A stretch of DNA of 64,000 nt from Camelus dromedarius (lineage: Eukaryota), in the NCBI RefSeq assembly GCF_036321535.1, contig NC_087437.1:11038001-11102000 (forward strand), in the 5' to 3' direction. Under the pieces are notes generated by a model. It worked only from the letters and a program-made list of their open reading frames with translations. It searched no databases and had not been told where the DNA came from. Each line of letters opens with the position of its first letter. The first letter of the stretch is position 1. The translations under genes were made by a program, and so were the position numbers. Positions 50,782 to 61,869 of this stretch are shown here, piece after piece.

Positions 50782-50945
50782 AGTTGGCTTCTCAAACTTC
50801 ACTGGGCTTAGGAATCATCGGGAGACCTCGTTAAAATGCAAATTTTGATGCTTTAGGTCTGGGGTGGAGTCCAGGTCTGCATTTCTAGTAAACACCCAGG
50901 GGATGCTGATGTTCTTTGTCTGGGGGCTACATTTTGAGTAGCAGG
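50782..50945. mobile_element. MER5A-like hAT MITE
   Basis: ttctcaaactt...gttaaaatgcaaatt...ggtctggggtgg...tctgcatttcta...ggggatgctgatg. Confidence 0.7.
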
Positions 50946-51127
50946 GGTCTGTAGAGCATTGGGGCATATGCCAATCTAACTTTTAATAATAACTACTGTA
51001 TAATAAATGCTTTTTTCTGTACCAGGCCCTGAGCAGTAAAACATCAGAGGATGGCACTGGAGTCGGACAGTAGAGATTCAGACTGAAGCTCTTTTCTGCT
51101 AGCTGAATTTAGAGCACATTTTCCCTA

Positions 51128-51302
51128 AGGCAGGATTCTCAGCCTTGGCACTGTTGACACCTGGGGCCAAGAGCATTCTTCTTGTGGGGGGCTGCCCGGT
51201 ACACCTTCCTGCGTCTCCCCACCAGGTGCCAGTAGCACCCTCCGTCCTAGTTGTGACGTCCACCTCCTGCAAGGCGACATCACCCCCGATTGAGAACCAC
51301 TG
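51128..51302. mobile_element. MER20-type hAT MITE
   Basis: ttctcagccttggcactgttgacac...tgtggggggctgcc...tgccagtagcaccc...cacccccgattgagaaccactg. Confidence 0.8.
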
Positions 51303-54300
51303 CTCTGAAGCTACTGTAGAAATGTGGGGGCTTGGGGGACTTTGGGACGTGAGTGATGCACTTCATATAAGCAACTAGTTTGCTTTATTTACCTTGACAC
51401 TTCTACAAAGAAGAGGAAAGCACGTGGACTAGCCAGGCAGCAGTCTGCCACATCTGTTCTTCTGGGGATGATGAAGTTCACTCCATGTGCCAGTTCTCTG
51501 TGTGTATGAAACGTCAGTCATTGCACCGTGGGATGCTGTCGGGTTTATTTGGGGTGTTTAGGTGGGTAGAACCGAGCTGCTCCTTTGGTTGGTCCTGGGC
51601 CTCTACCCCTTCTTGGAATACGCTGGCACACTTGACAGCTGCCCCCCTCCCACCCTCGCTGCTGCTGCTGCTGTCCACATGCTGCTTTGTGGCATGTTAG
51701 CTTCCCATCCTCTCATCCCTCACTTTTTTTCTAGGGTGTGAGACCAGATAGTTAAGGTTTTTAGGATTATGCTTTAAATAACATCTGAATTTTGGGTTTT
51801 CTGTGCTTGTAAGCAAGGGTCGTTGCTCCCAATAAAAATTTAAAAATTGATCGGATTGAAACATAATTTTTAAAAATGGATTATAATTTTTGCCTTGCTC
51901 TCAGGATGTTCTTTGTAAGAAATCAGTGATACCTTTTGAAAATTGAAGTGCAGCTTTGGTTTCTAACTTGAAATGGAAGCACAGTATAGTCTGGAATGAA
52001 TTAGTACTGAGGATGGGAATGGGGAAGGAATGAGAAAAACATGATTTCATAACAAAACAAAATGAAGCTTAAACATTGGCCTACGTGGTTATCTTGGAAA
52101 TGTTTAAGTCAATCCAGAGTACACATCAGATTCTAGTAGTAAGATTGCTCTAATGACAGTTTCTTTTAATTGGTTTTATTAATTTCTTAGGATTACATCT
52201 TAAATGACTTGTATTAATTACATTTTATACTGTTCAAATTCTACTTAAAACCATATGCATTAAGCAAAAGTTACTACCAACTGATAGCTCTGCGTTGTGT
52301 AATTACCAAGATAGTGTTAATGAGACAGAACTGTGGCCTCGGGCCGCCCTGCCCGCGGCCACCAGGAAGACGGGTCCCCGGGTTGCCGGGCGGCTGGGAA
52401 CGGCCATGAGGCGGGTTCTGGGCTGCGCTGCGTCTGCTGGTGGAGACACAGGGCCTCCCAGCCAGCCAGCCCACCTTCCTGTGCCAACAACACGTTGTGG
52501 TTCCTGACAACCCCTGCATTGTTGGTGTATCTGCATGAAGTCAGAAACCCTTACAAAAAGAAAAAATTGTGTCAAGTAGAAATTATTATTTTCCTTAAAA
52601 TGTTTATTTACCGCAGCTGTATTTATTTTGACTAGAAGGAAAAAACTGAATTAACAGCACAGTTCTTTTTGCCTTGTGTAAGAGTTCTATGTATTACACT
52701 TTGATTTTCAAAAGTGTTTTTGTTACAGAAAGAAACACCCTGAGAGGCAGAGGCGTGTTCAGGTTTTGCCCTCTCAGTCTCAGCTGCGTGCAGACCCCAA
52801 TCACAGTCAGGGTTCAGTATCCTCAGACAGGAGTACGTGGTTTTTTGTTCCCATCTTTCCTTAACATCTTAAGTTCAACCCCCCATCTTTCAGTTCAGAA
52901 CTGTCCACTTCCTCATTACTTAAGACTGACTAGTAAACTCCCACCAGTGTTTAAAATTGGAGTTACATTTCTTACTGTGAAACCAAAGTATCCTCTGTTA
53001 AAGGGAGGGGGCGGAAGGCCGGGAATGGCGTGCTGACCGAGGGTAAACACAGCCAGTCGTTCCGCAGAGAAACAGGTGGGGTGCTGGCACAGACCTTTCC
53101 CTGAACAGCCTGGGGGAGGCTCCTCCTTGACAGCGGCCTTCTGAGAGCTGCTGACTTCCACCTGCATCCCTCCCCTTCCCCCTGTGCTCCCACCAGGGCT
53201 CTGTCTGCCCACCTCTAGACCAGGAGATCCTAACTTTTGCAGTGAGAGTGGAAAGGGAAAAAAAGCAAAAGTTTTGCAGGCCGCTATACCATAATTTTTT
53301 TTATTCTACGATTCAGAAAATGCATGACAAAAAGTTAATTCATCCAATAACAGCCTTGAAAAACGGGTACCTAAAGTGTTTATTCAGGCAGCATTGCTGG
53401 GTCTTTGCAGTGGGTTCTCAGACCCTTCACCGTAATTTCCAAACTCCCAGGGTGAGGACCCACAGGTTAGGGATCCGTGCTATTGAGTCTTTGACAAAAG
53501 CTCCTGTTTTATGCTGTATGATTTCAACTACATTTGATTCTACTCCACTTAGTATTATTTTTCTTACATATACCCCAGATTCATTCTCCATTTTTGAAGT
53601 TTAAGTTATGTTTATGTTGCATACTTGATTCTTGAACTCGCATTCTCCACACTTCTATCTGAACTTTCAGAAAAGTTTACACTAGGACTAAAGCTGATTG
53701 CAGACAAGTATTGATCTTGACTTGACGTCTAGTTACATCGCAGGGGACACGCTGTAAAATGTTAATGCTTATGTTCCAAACTGGCCGTCCTGCTTCCTGC
53801 AACCTGTTCAGGTGCTTCCTGAATGCAAACCACCTGCTTAAAGTCACCAGAGGAACTTTTTAAACATACGGATTCTTGGGTCCCCTTCTGGATAGTCTAA
53901 ATTCAGCAGGCCTAAGATGAAAGGTTCAGGAAGTATTTAATTTTTAAAGTTCCATAGATTATTTTGATGAACCTAATGAAATTTGGAAACCACCAGTTTT
54001 TTGTACAATCCATAAAATCTGTACTGGTATGCTGTTAAACCTTTGATCTTCTTTTATCTTTTTCCTGCACCAAGGGTCAGCAGAATTGGGCCCATGCCAA
54101 CATGTCACCTCCAGGGCTAGACTGGCTGTGCTGTTACTTTGCAGCATGGGGGTGGGGGCTCTCAGCATCACCACGCAACTGTGAGGGAGACAGTATGGCT
54201 GCTGATGCATGTTTTAGATGCCCTTGCTGCTTCTCTTGGCCTTGGTTCCTCACCTGTGAAAAGAGGGATTTAGAGTAAATGACAGCCTTTTTGCATTTAA

Positions 54301-56416
54301 GTCTTAGGTACCAGGAATTAGATACAAGAGAAGAGTTTGTCTTTTTATCTGCAGCCTCTGTGTTAGTGTCTTCTTCATCTGCCTAGTCACTTTTCAGCTA
54401 CCTCCAGTCTGGTAGAAGGTATCATAGCTGTATCAGCCGGTGTCTTTAGACTTCCTGCCCAAGCACACTGCTGGATGCAAACATGTAGGCAGACTTAAGA
54501 TGCCCAAGGACCAGTTCTAACCTCAAGACAATCAGAAATCAGCAGTACCCTTTCTCTAGAGGGTTCACTGCATGTCTTTAGAGGGAGAGGGCTGATGAAG
54601 AGCTCTCCCTACATCCCACCGTATGAAAACTATGGTCAGATGTCACGCAAAACCGAAGTCATCCTTTTTTTTTTTTTTAAACTCAGATGGTCTCTGCTGC
54701 ATGACTTAATATTCGAGACAGTGTGAATTAAATGATCTCTCTCTCTTTACATACATGTAAAACAGGTTTTTAATACTTCTTGGGAATTCCCATCACAAGG
54801 AGATACTAAGGGACAATACTGTTTGAGCCAGTGGGAATAATTATTGGTGACCACTACCGTTTAATGAGATTACCGTGGGTCTGTTGTATTATTTTAATTC
54901 TCAAAACGTTCCTGAGAGGTGGGTGGTTTACGCTGATGACTTGCTCAAGGCCACACAGCTAGTAAGTGCTCGCTCAGGGCAGCATCTGAAATCCTTCTGC
55001 CCCCTGACCAGTCTGGGCCCTAACATTCCCCACCGGCCCCTGTTCTTTGCCTTCTTTTCTCCCTCCTTTGTTGCCACACCATGTTTTTCCTCCCCAACTT
55101 TCTTTCTTCTGGTTTTCTTTTGAGAGCTCACTCCCCTCAGCTATATGTTCCTGTTGTTCCTTCCACTCAAAATTTCAGACTGAAAGGGAAAAAAACCGTT
55201 GATGGGTTTGAGGAAAGTATAGGGCTAGAGGTTAGGTTGTTTTTTTTTTTTACCCCCTCCCTTCCTCTTCATCTTCTCTTTCTCTTAAATGAAGGAATTG
55301 AACTTCATGTATAACCGGTTAGCAGAAAGACACATTGAAGACAGAGTTATCATCTTGTTCGTTATGGAAGCCGGGCCATCAGTGAGTGTCTGAGTGAATG
55401 AAGCCAGTTCACACCATACATTTATTTAAGAGTTTGGCCTGCTCTCTAGAAATTATTCTGTATGTTGACTGGGACGTACAAATCTCTCCAAGTGAGGACT
55501 TCTTGTTTGGCTCACACACATTGTTACCCTTGAAGCAGCTGTGAATGGTTAGTTAGGTTTGAGAAATGTGAAAATGCATAACTGAACACTTGACTCCACC
55601 ACCCATGTTATCACCCTGCTGGGGGCAGATCTTTCTAAATGAATAACTAATACCCTTTCCCAAACTTGTCTTTTTCTCTCCTCTCAGTATCAGAGTATTG
55701 CACTTAAGTTGCTTGGACAGGCCTTGGAGTTGGAGGGTCCATATTTTTATATTTTTGTCTATTAATATGCTTGAATACAGAGAACTCTGTAAGACAGCAC
55801 GATGCTCCAGAATGGTCTCTGTGGCCACTGCTGCGTAACTAAGTGTAAATGACAGGGATCTAACAGGCAACGGATAGATAAACGTCCCAACTAATCCGTA
55901 GAGAACCTGATACAGGATTCAACATATACCGGAACGAAAATTGAATCACAGGATACCTGTCATCCTTCTCCCACCCAGTGTGGTTTACACTGTAAAGAGA
56001 ATTGCAATCTGTTGGACTCCTTTTAGGGTAAAATTATGGAGAAACGAGAATAAGGAGGGAGAGCCCCAGTCAGTCAGAAATGACGTAGCTGTGAACAAAA
56101 ATTTGTCACTAATTTATGTTAATGTAATTCTGTGTGCTGAGTGGTGTTTCCTTTTTTGGAAAGTATTGTTTGCATTTTCTTATGTGTCAAGAGGAGGGTT
56201 TGAGAACTGAGGGGATTTCCTACTTCTTCACAGCTAAGTCGGCTTAGAATGGTTTCAACATTCTTTTACCATTTACTTGACCTAAAGGCCAGTGGGTCAT
56301 TGGAGCCTGTGTCAGAGTCTGAAAGGTACTGGTGTTTCATGGAGAAAATCCACACATTAAACAAAAAGGGAGAAGAGGTGATCTCCGCCCCCTCCTTTTT
56401 TCTTGACACACTGTAA

Positions 56417-56662
<246 letters not shown>

Positions 56663-57922
56663 TAAAACTGAGTTTTTAATCACAAAAAAATAGATTTCTG
56701 TTATATCTTAACAAATCTCTAAGTACATTTGAACAGGTACAAAACGCTTCTTTGGGGTGACTTTGCCTCATTTGGCAGGGGCCGTTTCTAAGAGTCAGTG
56801 CTTTGTTTTGATGGGGCGTAAAGTCCTGCTATGTACAGTAACAGTCCGCAACCCGTAAATGCCCCGTTTCCCACTTGACGGGACAAGTTTTTGAACAGAT
56901 AGAAATGGTGTCAAAATATCTATGCACTAAAACAATTAGAGAGTCAGAATCTCCTACCAAAGCCTTGGGTTCTGCTCCCTGTCATCCTTTGGTCGAGTGT
57001 AGATCCTCACCTCCAGGCTCTGGTTTTTCTCATCAAGGATGGGTGGGGACTGCTCAGATCACCTGTCTCCTGTGACACTCAACAGTCTGTGGGTTTTCCA
57101 TTCACACAGTCTGAGGGAAAACCTCTTCTTAGGGATGGGGTAGACTGCTAAGTAAAGGTACAACAGCAGCTGCAAGAAGTGATTGAAAGTCTGTCATTTA
57201 AAAAAAAAAAGGTGGTAAAGTTTTAGGTTATTTTTACTTTGGAATGATTCAGTATGTTTCACAAGTAAAAATTAGCAGATTAACCAAAATAACCCTGGCT
57301 CTTGTGACCTGGCGCTGATTGATCTGCTGCTGTGGTCCTCACCCTTTTCTGGCTCCTCACCCTGCGGAGACTGTTAAAATGAATCCTGCGGTTTAGGTGG
57401 GCAGGATCTGATAGAAAGGTTAGAAACAAATCTCATCTTCAAACATAATTTTCAGATTTTTGGGTGTGTGATCATTGTTTGCTAAGCACTTTGTCTTTGT
57501 GTATCCACTATGTTGTACCTCTGAATTACGACTCTAAAGCTTGCTGGGAAGCCGTGTAGTACTAGCAGCCAACACAAGAGGTCAGCAAACAATTAGTTAT
57601 TCAAACGGAAACGTCAGAAAAGTATTTAAAACATTAAAACTGCTAAAGATGAATTCAAGACATACTGAAGTTACCTTGCTTTTTGTTGGCAGACTATTAT
57701 TACTTTTTAAATGAAATTGAAAATCCCTGAGATTGTATCAGTGAATTCTCTCATCTCAGTTTTATTAAGTAGTCTCTTATTAGCCTTGGTTAAACTGTTA
57801 TTGTATTTCTTTTTAAAAACTTTCTTTAGAAGTTTTAATTAGGGCCACTTAATTGAAAAGATGATTTAGTAAAAAGTTTCACTGTTTGCTGTTTAAAATT
57901 TTAACACTATCTTATTTTTTAG

Positions 57923-58132
<210 letters not shown>

Positions 58133-59040
58133 TAAGATTTTCTAAAGATACAGCTCAGATTTTATTTTTGTACGAGCTTTCAAAGGCCAAAGCCAGTTGC
58201 TTTTTGAAGAAAGTGCTTATTAAGAACTCAGTCTACTGGTTGAAAGACGCAACCATTGATTCACAGGTTCACCATTGATACATTCTGGGAACAAGCTGTT
58301 ATAAACTGAAGACTTACGTAAGGCTGCTTTAGGTTTTTACATTTTCAATCATTCTCCTTTATTTTTTTCACCTTTTGCATATTTCCTGTACAGTTCTCCA
58401 GAACCACTCTTGTACATGTTGAGTCATCTGCCTCTGACCTCACCTCTGCCTTCAGGTCCACCCAGCTCTGGCCCCATGGCTGCTTCCTGGGTGGTGGTCC
58501 ACTTTGAAAGGGGTGTTTCTCTGCTGTATACTTGGTGTTTACCAGACTGTGGTTTGTGGCGGGCGCTTAATTTCCTCGTATTGAAATTTTTTTCTAGATA
58601 AATCAGACGTAAATTTAATTATTAAAGATTCTATTTAGGTTTCAGGGAAACACTGTACTTAATCAGAAGTACAGGTTTTCACCTGGCAGATTTGGCTCTT
58701 TCTGGGTAAACAGTGAGGAGGTAAATGGTATTGCACTGCAACAGCCCTGACCTGAGGACTTGACGATTTTTAGTGTCATGTGTTTATTGGTGCCATTGAA
58801 CAAAAGGTCAGAACATAGCTGGGATGTTCACTGTAGTCTAGGGCCGAACACTGCACACCCTAACACAGAAGAGCCAGAAACCCTCCAAGGGGTGGTGTTT
58901 GCTGCGAGAGAAATGAGGATCAAGCCAGACCAGCACTAAAGCTTGTGCCTTCTGTTTGGATGAGAATTTCCCCACTGTGTGCATGCTGGGTTTTTTGAAG
59001 GCTAGAAGGAAAAAGTCTCCAGAATGGTGGAGTGGTTTGA

Positions 59041-59244
<204 letters not shown>

Positions 59245-59950
59245 ATTGGGTTTTCACAATTCTTTACGTTATTTGTCTGTCACAGAGAGAGCTGCTTATG
59301 ATTTTGAAGGGGTGGGGGAGGGTGGGAGTTGGTAAAGAGTAGGGTATTTCTATAACAGATATTATTCAGTCTTATTTCCTAAGATTTTGTTGTAACTTAA
59401 GGTATCTTGCTACAGTAGACAGAATTGGTTAATAGCAACTTGTAAAACTGTCATTAGTTCTGCAGTATTAGCTGAAATGGAGTACAAAGAAGAATAGACA
59501 TTTGGGTTCAGTCGCTTGTAGTCTGTAAATTGAAAACAGCTTAATTTTGTACAGGTTACACACATGGCCATTTATGTAAAGTCCTTCCAAGACTACATAC
59601 TTTTTTGTTTGAAAAAATTGGAATTTGTTTTCCCTTCTTGGAAGGGAATATTGATATTTAACAGCTTTTAGAGATTGTCATCTCATATATATAAAAATGG
59701 ACCCGTGGCTCTAAGACACCATATAGGAAATGAGTAGTTATGTATTTTATTTTATATGCCAGTCTACTTTATTGTGAAAAGATAGAGGTATATGAATCAG
59801 GACCTGTGAAAACCTGTAGTAAAATACCTTAAGCTGTTATCTGTAAGGCGTGGAGTAGGCGTTGCTCAGTGGATTGGTTATATGTTGTGGACTACTTAAG
59901 TCTGCATTTGTTACTGTGCTAATAAACAATATTAAAACCACCACCTAACA
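59245..59950 (+). other. UBE2E1: UBE2E1 3' UTR (end approximate)
   Basis: Follows the stop codon, is AT-rich with no recognised repeat, and ends at tandem poly(A) hexamers. Confidence 0.8.
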
Positions 59951-59995
59951 GCGCTGTATTCATTTCCTTTCTTTTGCTTTTTTGTTTTTTGTAGT
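59921..59995 (+). terminator. UBE2E1 polyadenylation signal with downstream U/GU-rich element
   Basis: AATAAA at 59921-59926, ATTAAA at 59931-59936, then tttcttttgcttttttgttttttgt at about 59968-59992. Confidence 0.8.
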
Positions 59996-61330
59996 TCCTT
60001 TTTTCCTGATAGATCTTTGCTACTAAAACTACCTAGAAGTAATGCAGACTGAAGACATTGGTATTGTTTACCCAGCACCCATGTTAGGCTTGGTACGTTA
60101 CTGTATACAACATCCTCGCATGATTGTGTGTGAGGTGCCTTAGAAAAGGTTAGATAATTAACCCACTGTCTTTCAAAGACAGAAGCCTACTGCATCATCT
60201 TAAAAGTATTTTCCAACTTGCAGGTGCTGTGGTGGTAAGTACATGGAGAAATCGGTGCTCATAAATAATACGCCAAATTAGAGACCAATTTGGCAGTACC
60301 TAGGTGTACGCATCCTCTCCAGAGAAACGCGCCCAGGGGCCCAGGGTGAAGGTACGTACACCTTCACTAAGCCTGTCCCAAGAATACAGTCGCTCTGTAC
60401 TAACAGATCTAACCCATGTTCAGTCGAGGAGCAAACTGCAGGGCCTAGTATATTACCTATTTTTAAATAACTGTAAAAGTACCCATCTGTGTTTGAAAAA
60501 AAAAACTCAGCAGCATTACCTGGGAGAGATGTAACCATATCTGACTGGCAGTATTTGTGATGAGAAATTTTATATAATTATACATCAGCTCGTGCTGCCA
60601 CCACGTAAGTTCTGGACCTTCTGTATGCAGTAGTTCCTGGCTGGGACTTGCTGAACTGAGCCAACTGCGTCTAAAGTCACTGAGCCTCGCCTTAGTAAGT
60701 ATTCAAGATGCTATTTGCTTATGTCATATTTTACACTTAAAATAGTTAACTACTTTCGTGGTTAAAACCACTAAGTAGCTTGCTTCCTTTTACAATTAGT
60801 TACAATATTGTCAACTTGCTTAATACAATTAGCTCCATTACTCAGGTCTTGCCAACATGTTCAGAGAACCATGGCACAAACTCAGATATCTAATCTGAAA
60901 ACTATTCCAGAAGGTACTGTGTTACTTGTGGAAAGTGGAAGCTTTACTGTCCTTAAGTGCTTAGCAGTTTTCTAAAGAAGGAAGTAACAGTTTGAATGTA
61001 GTTATACCACCTACTCAACTCATGGTAAACATAATTTGAACAAAGCTAAATCATAGGTTTTGTTCTATTTAGCATGATCTCTACCAGACAAAATTTAGCT
61101 CAAATTAGTACCCACGTTGCTTGCTGTCTGTGCCGATTTGGACACACACACAGAAATGTCATTTTATAATCCTAGACATTAGAAGATTGGTGAACTTTAA
61201 AAAAAAGAAAGAAAGAAACTTACATTTGAGCTAAGAAGTCTGCATAAAGTTAACCCCAGAATGACAGCTTCTGAAACAGGTTAAAGGGGAGGGGAAGCTA
61301 CCCACAGGAATATTTGCATACTACTCAAAC

Positions 61331-61341
61331 TTTATTTTATT
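61331..61341 (-). terminator. NKIRAS1 polyadenylation signal (two overlapping AATAAA)
   Basis: Plus-strand TTTATTTTATT reads AATAAAATAAA on the minus strand, about 290 nt after the stop codon. More distal sites cannot be excluded. Confidence 0.65.
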
Positions 61342-61347
61342 CTTTTG

Positions 61348-61395
61348 ACAAGTGCAACATAAATATAAATAACAAGTGCAACATAATTATAAATA
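61348..61395. repeat. 24-bp tandem duplication in the NKIRAS1 3' UTR
   Basis: ACAAGTGCAACATAAATATAAATA (61348-61371) and ACAAGTGCAACATAATTATAAATA (61372-61395); one mismatch. Confidence 0.93.
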
Positions 61396-61626
61396 AGGCG
61401 CTAATTTCAGGGACCAGTTTTAAACAATGAGAACGCAAATATATCACTTCACATCGGGCAGTAATAACTTCGCCCCACTAACTTCACTGTAACTGAAAGC
61501 ACATTAGTTACTGCCTTGGGGTTTTTCCTAAGGACCACAGGTAGGTACAAATGACCTATGTTAAGTACGTTCACGGACACCCAGAGGCAGTCAGTATACA
61601 ACCAACAGTTGTGGCGTCATGAATTT

Positions 61627-61869
61627 TTAGTTCTCAGAGCTAGAGTTGCCTTTGTTTTTCCGCCCAGGCAAAGGGAAGCTGGACTTGCTCTGGGGCTGGG
61701 AGAGTTTGCTGGCTAACAGAGTGAACGGCTCAATCAGAGTCCTCCGATCTGTAACCGTCACCTCCCACAGTCGCACCTTCTCACTCTTTGCCCATTGCTG
61801 GGCCACTTCAGCATCCACTTGTCTCTGCTCAGAAAGGTCAATTTTGTTTCCTAATACAACAATTGCCAC
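61627..61869 (-). CDS. NKIRAS1: NF-kappa-B inhibitor-interacting Ras-like protein 1 (kappaB-Ras1), last coding exon
   Basis: Minus-strand acceptor ttttctttcAG|GTG at 61871/61869. Translates to [80 protein letters not shown], with the G4 NKxD motif and no CAAX box. The first 9 aa of the ORF-track entry (MIFYPFFFQ) are intronic. Confidence 0.96.
   Translation of the reverse strand: MAIVVLGNKIDLSEQRQVDAEVAQQWAKSEKVRLWEVTVTDRRTLIEPFTLLASKLSQPQSKSSFPLPGRKNKGNSSSEN

Noticed and set aside
1243..56210. The many 60-190 aa ORFs in the six-frame track
   Set aside because: No recognisable domains apart from L1 ORF2 remnants. Many start at non-ATG codons, overlap on both strands, or fall in repeats and GC-rich patches.
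60210..60240. 11-nt microexon-like pattern ttgcAG|GTGCTGTGGTG|GTAAGT
   Set aside because: It lies downstream of the UBE2E1 poly(A) signal with no following acceptor or exon identified.
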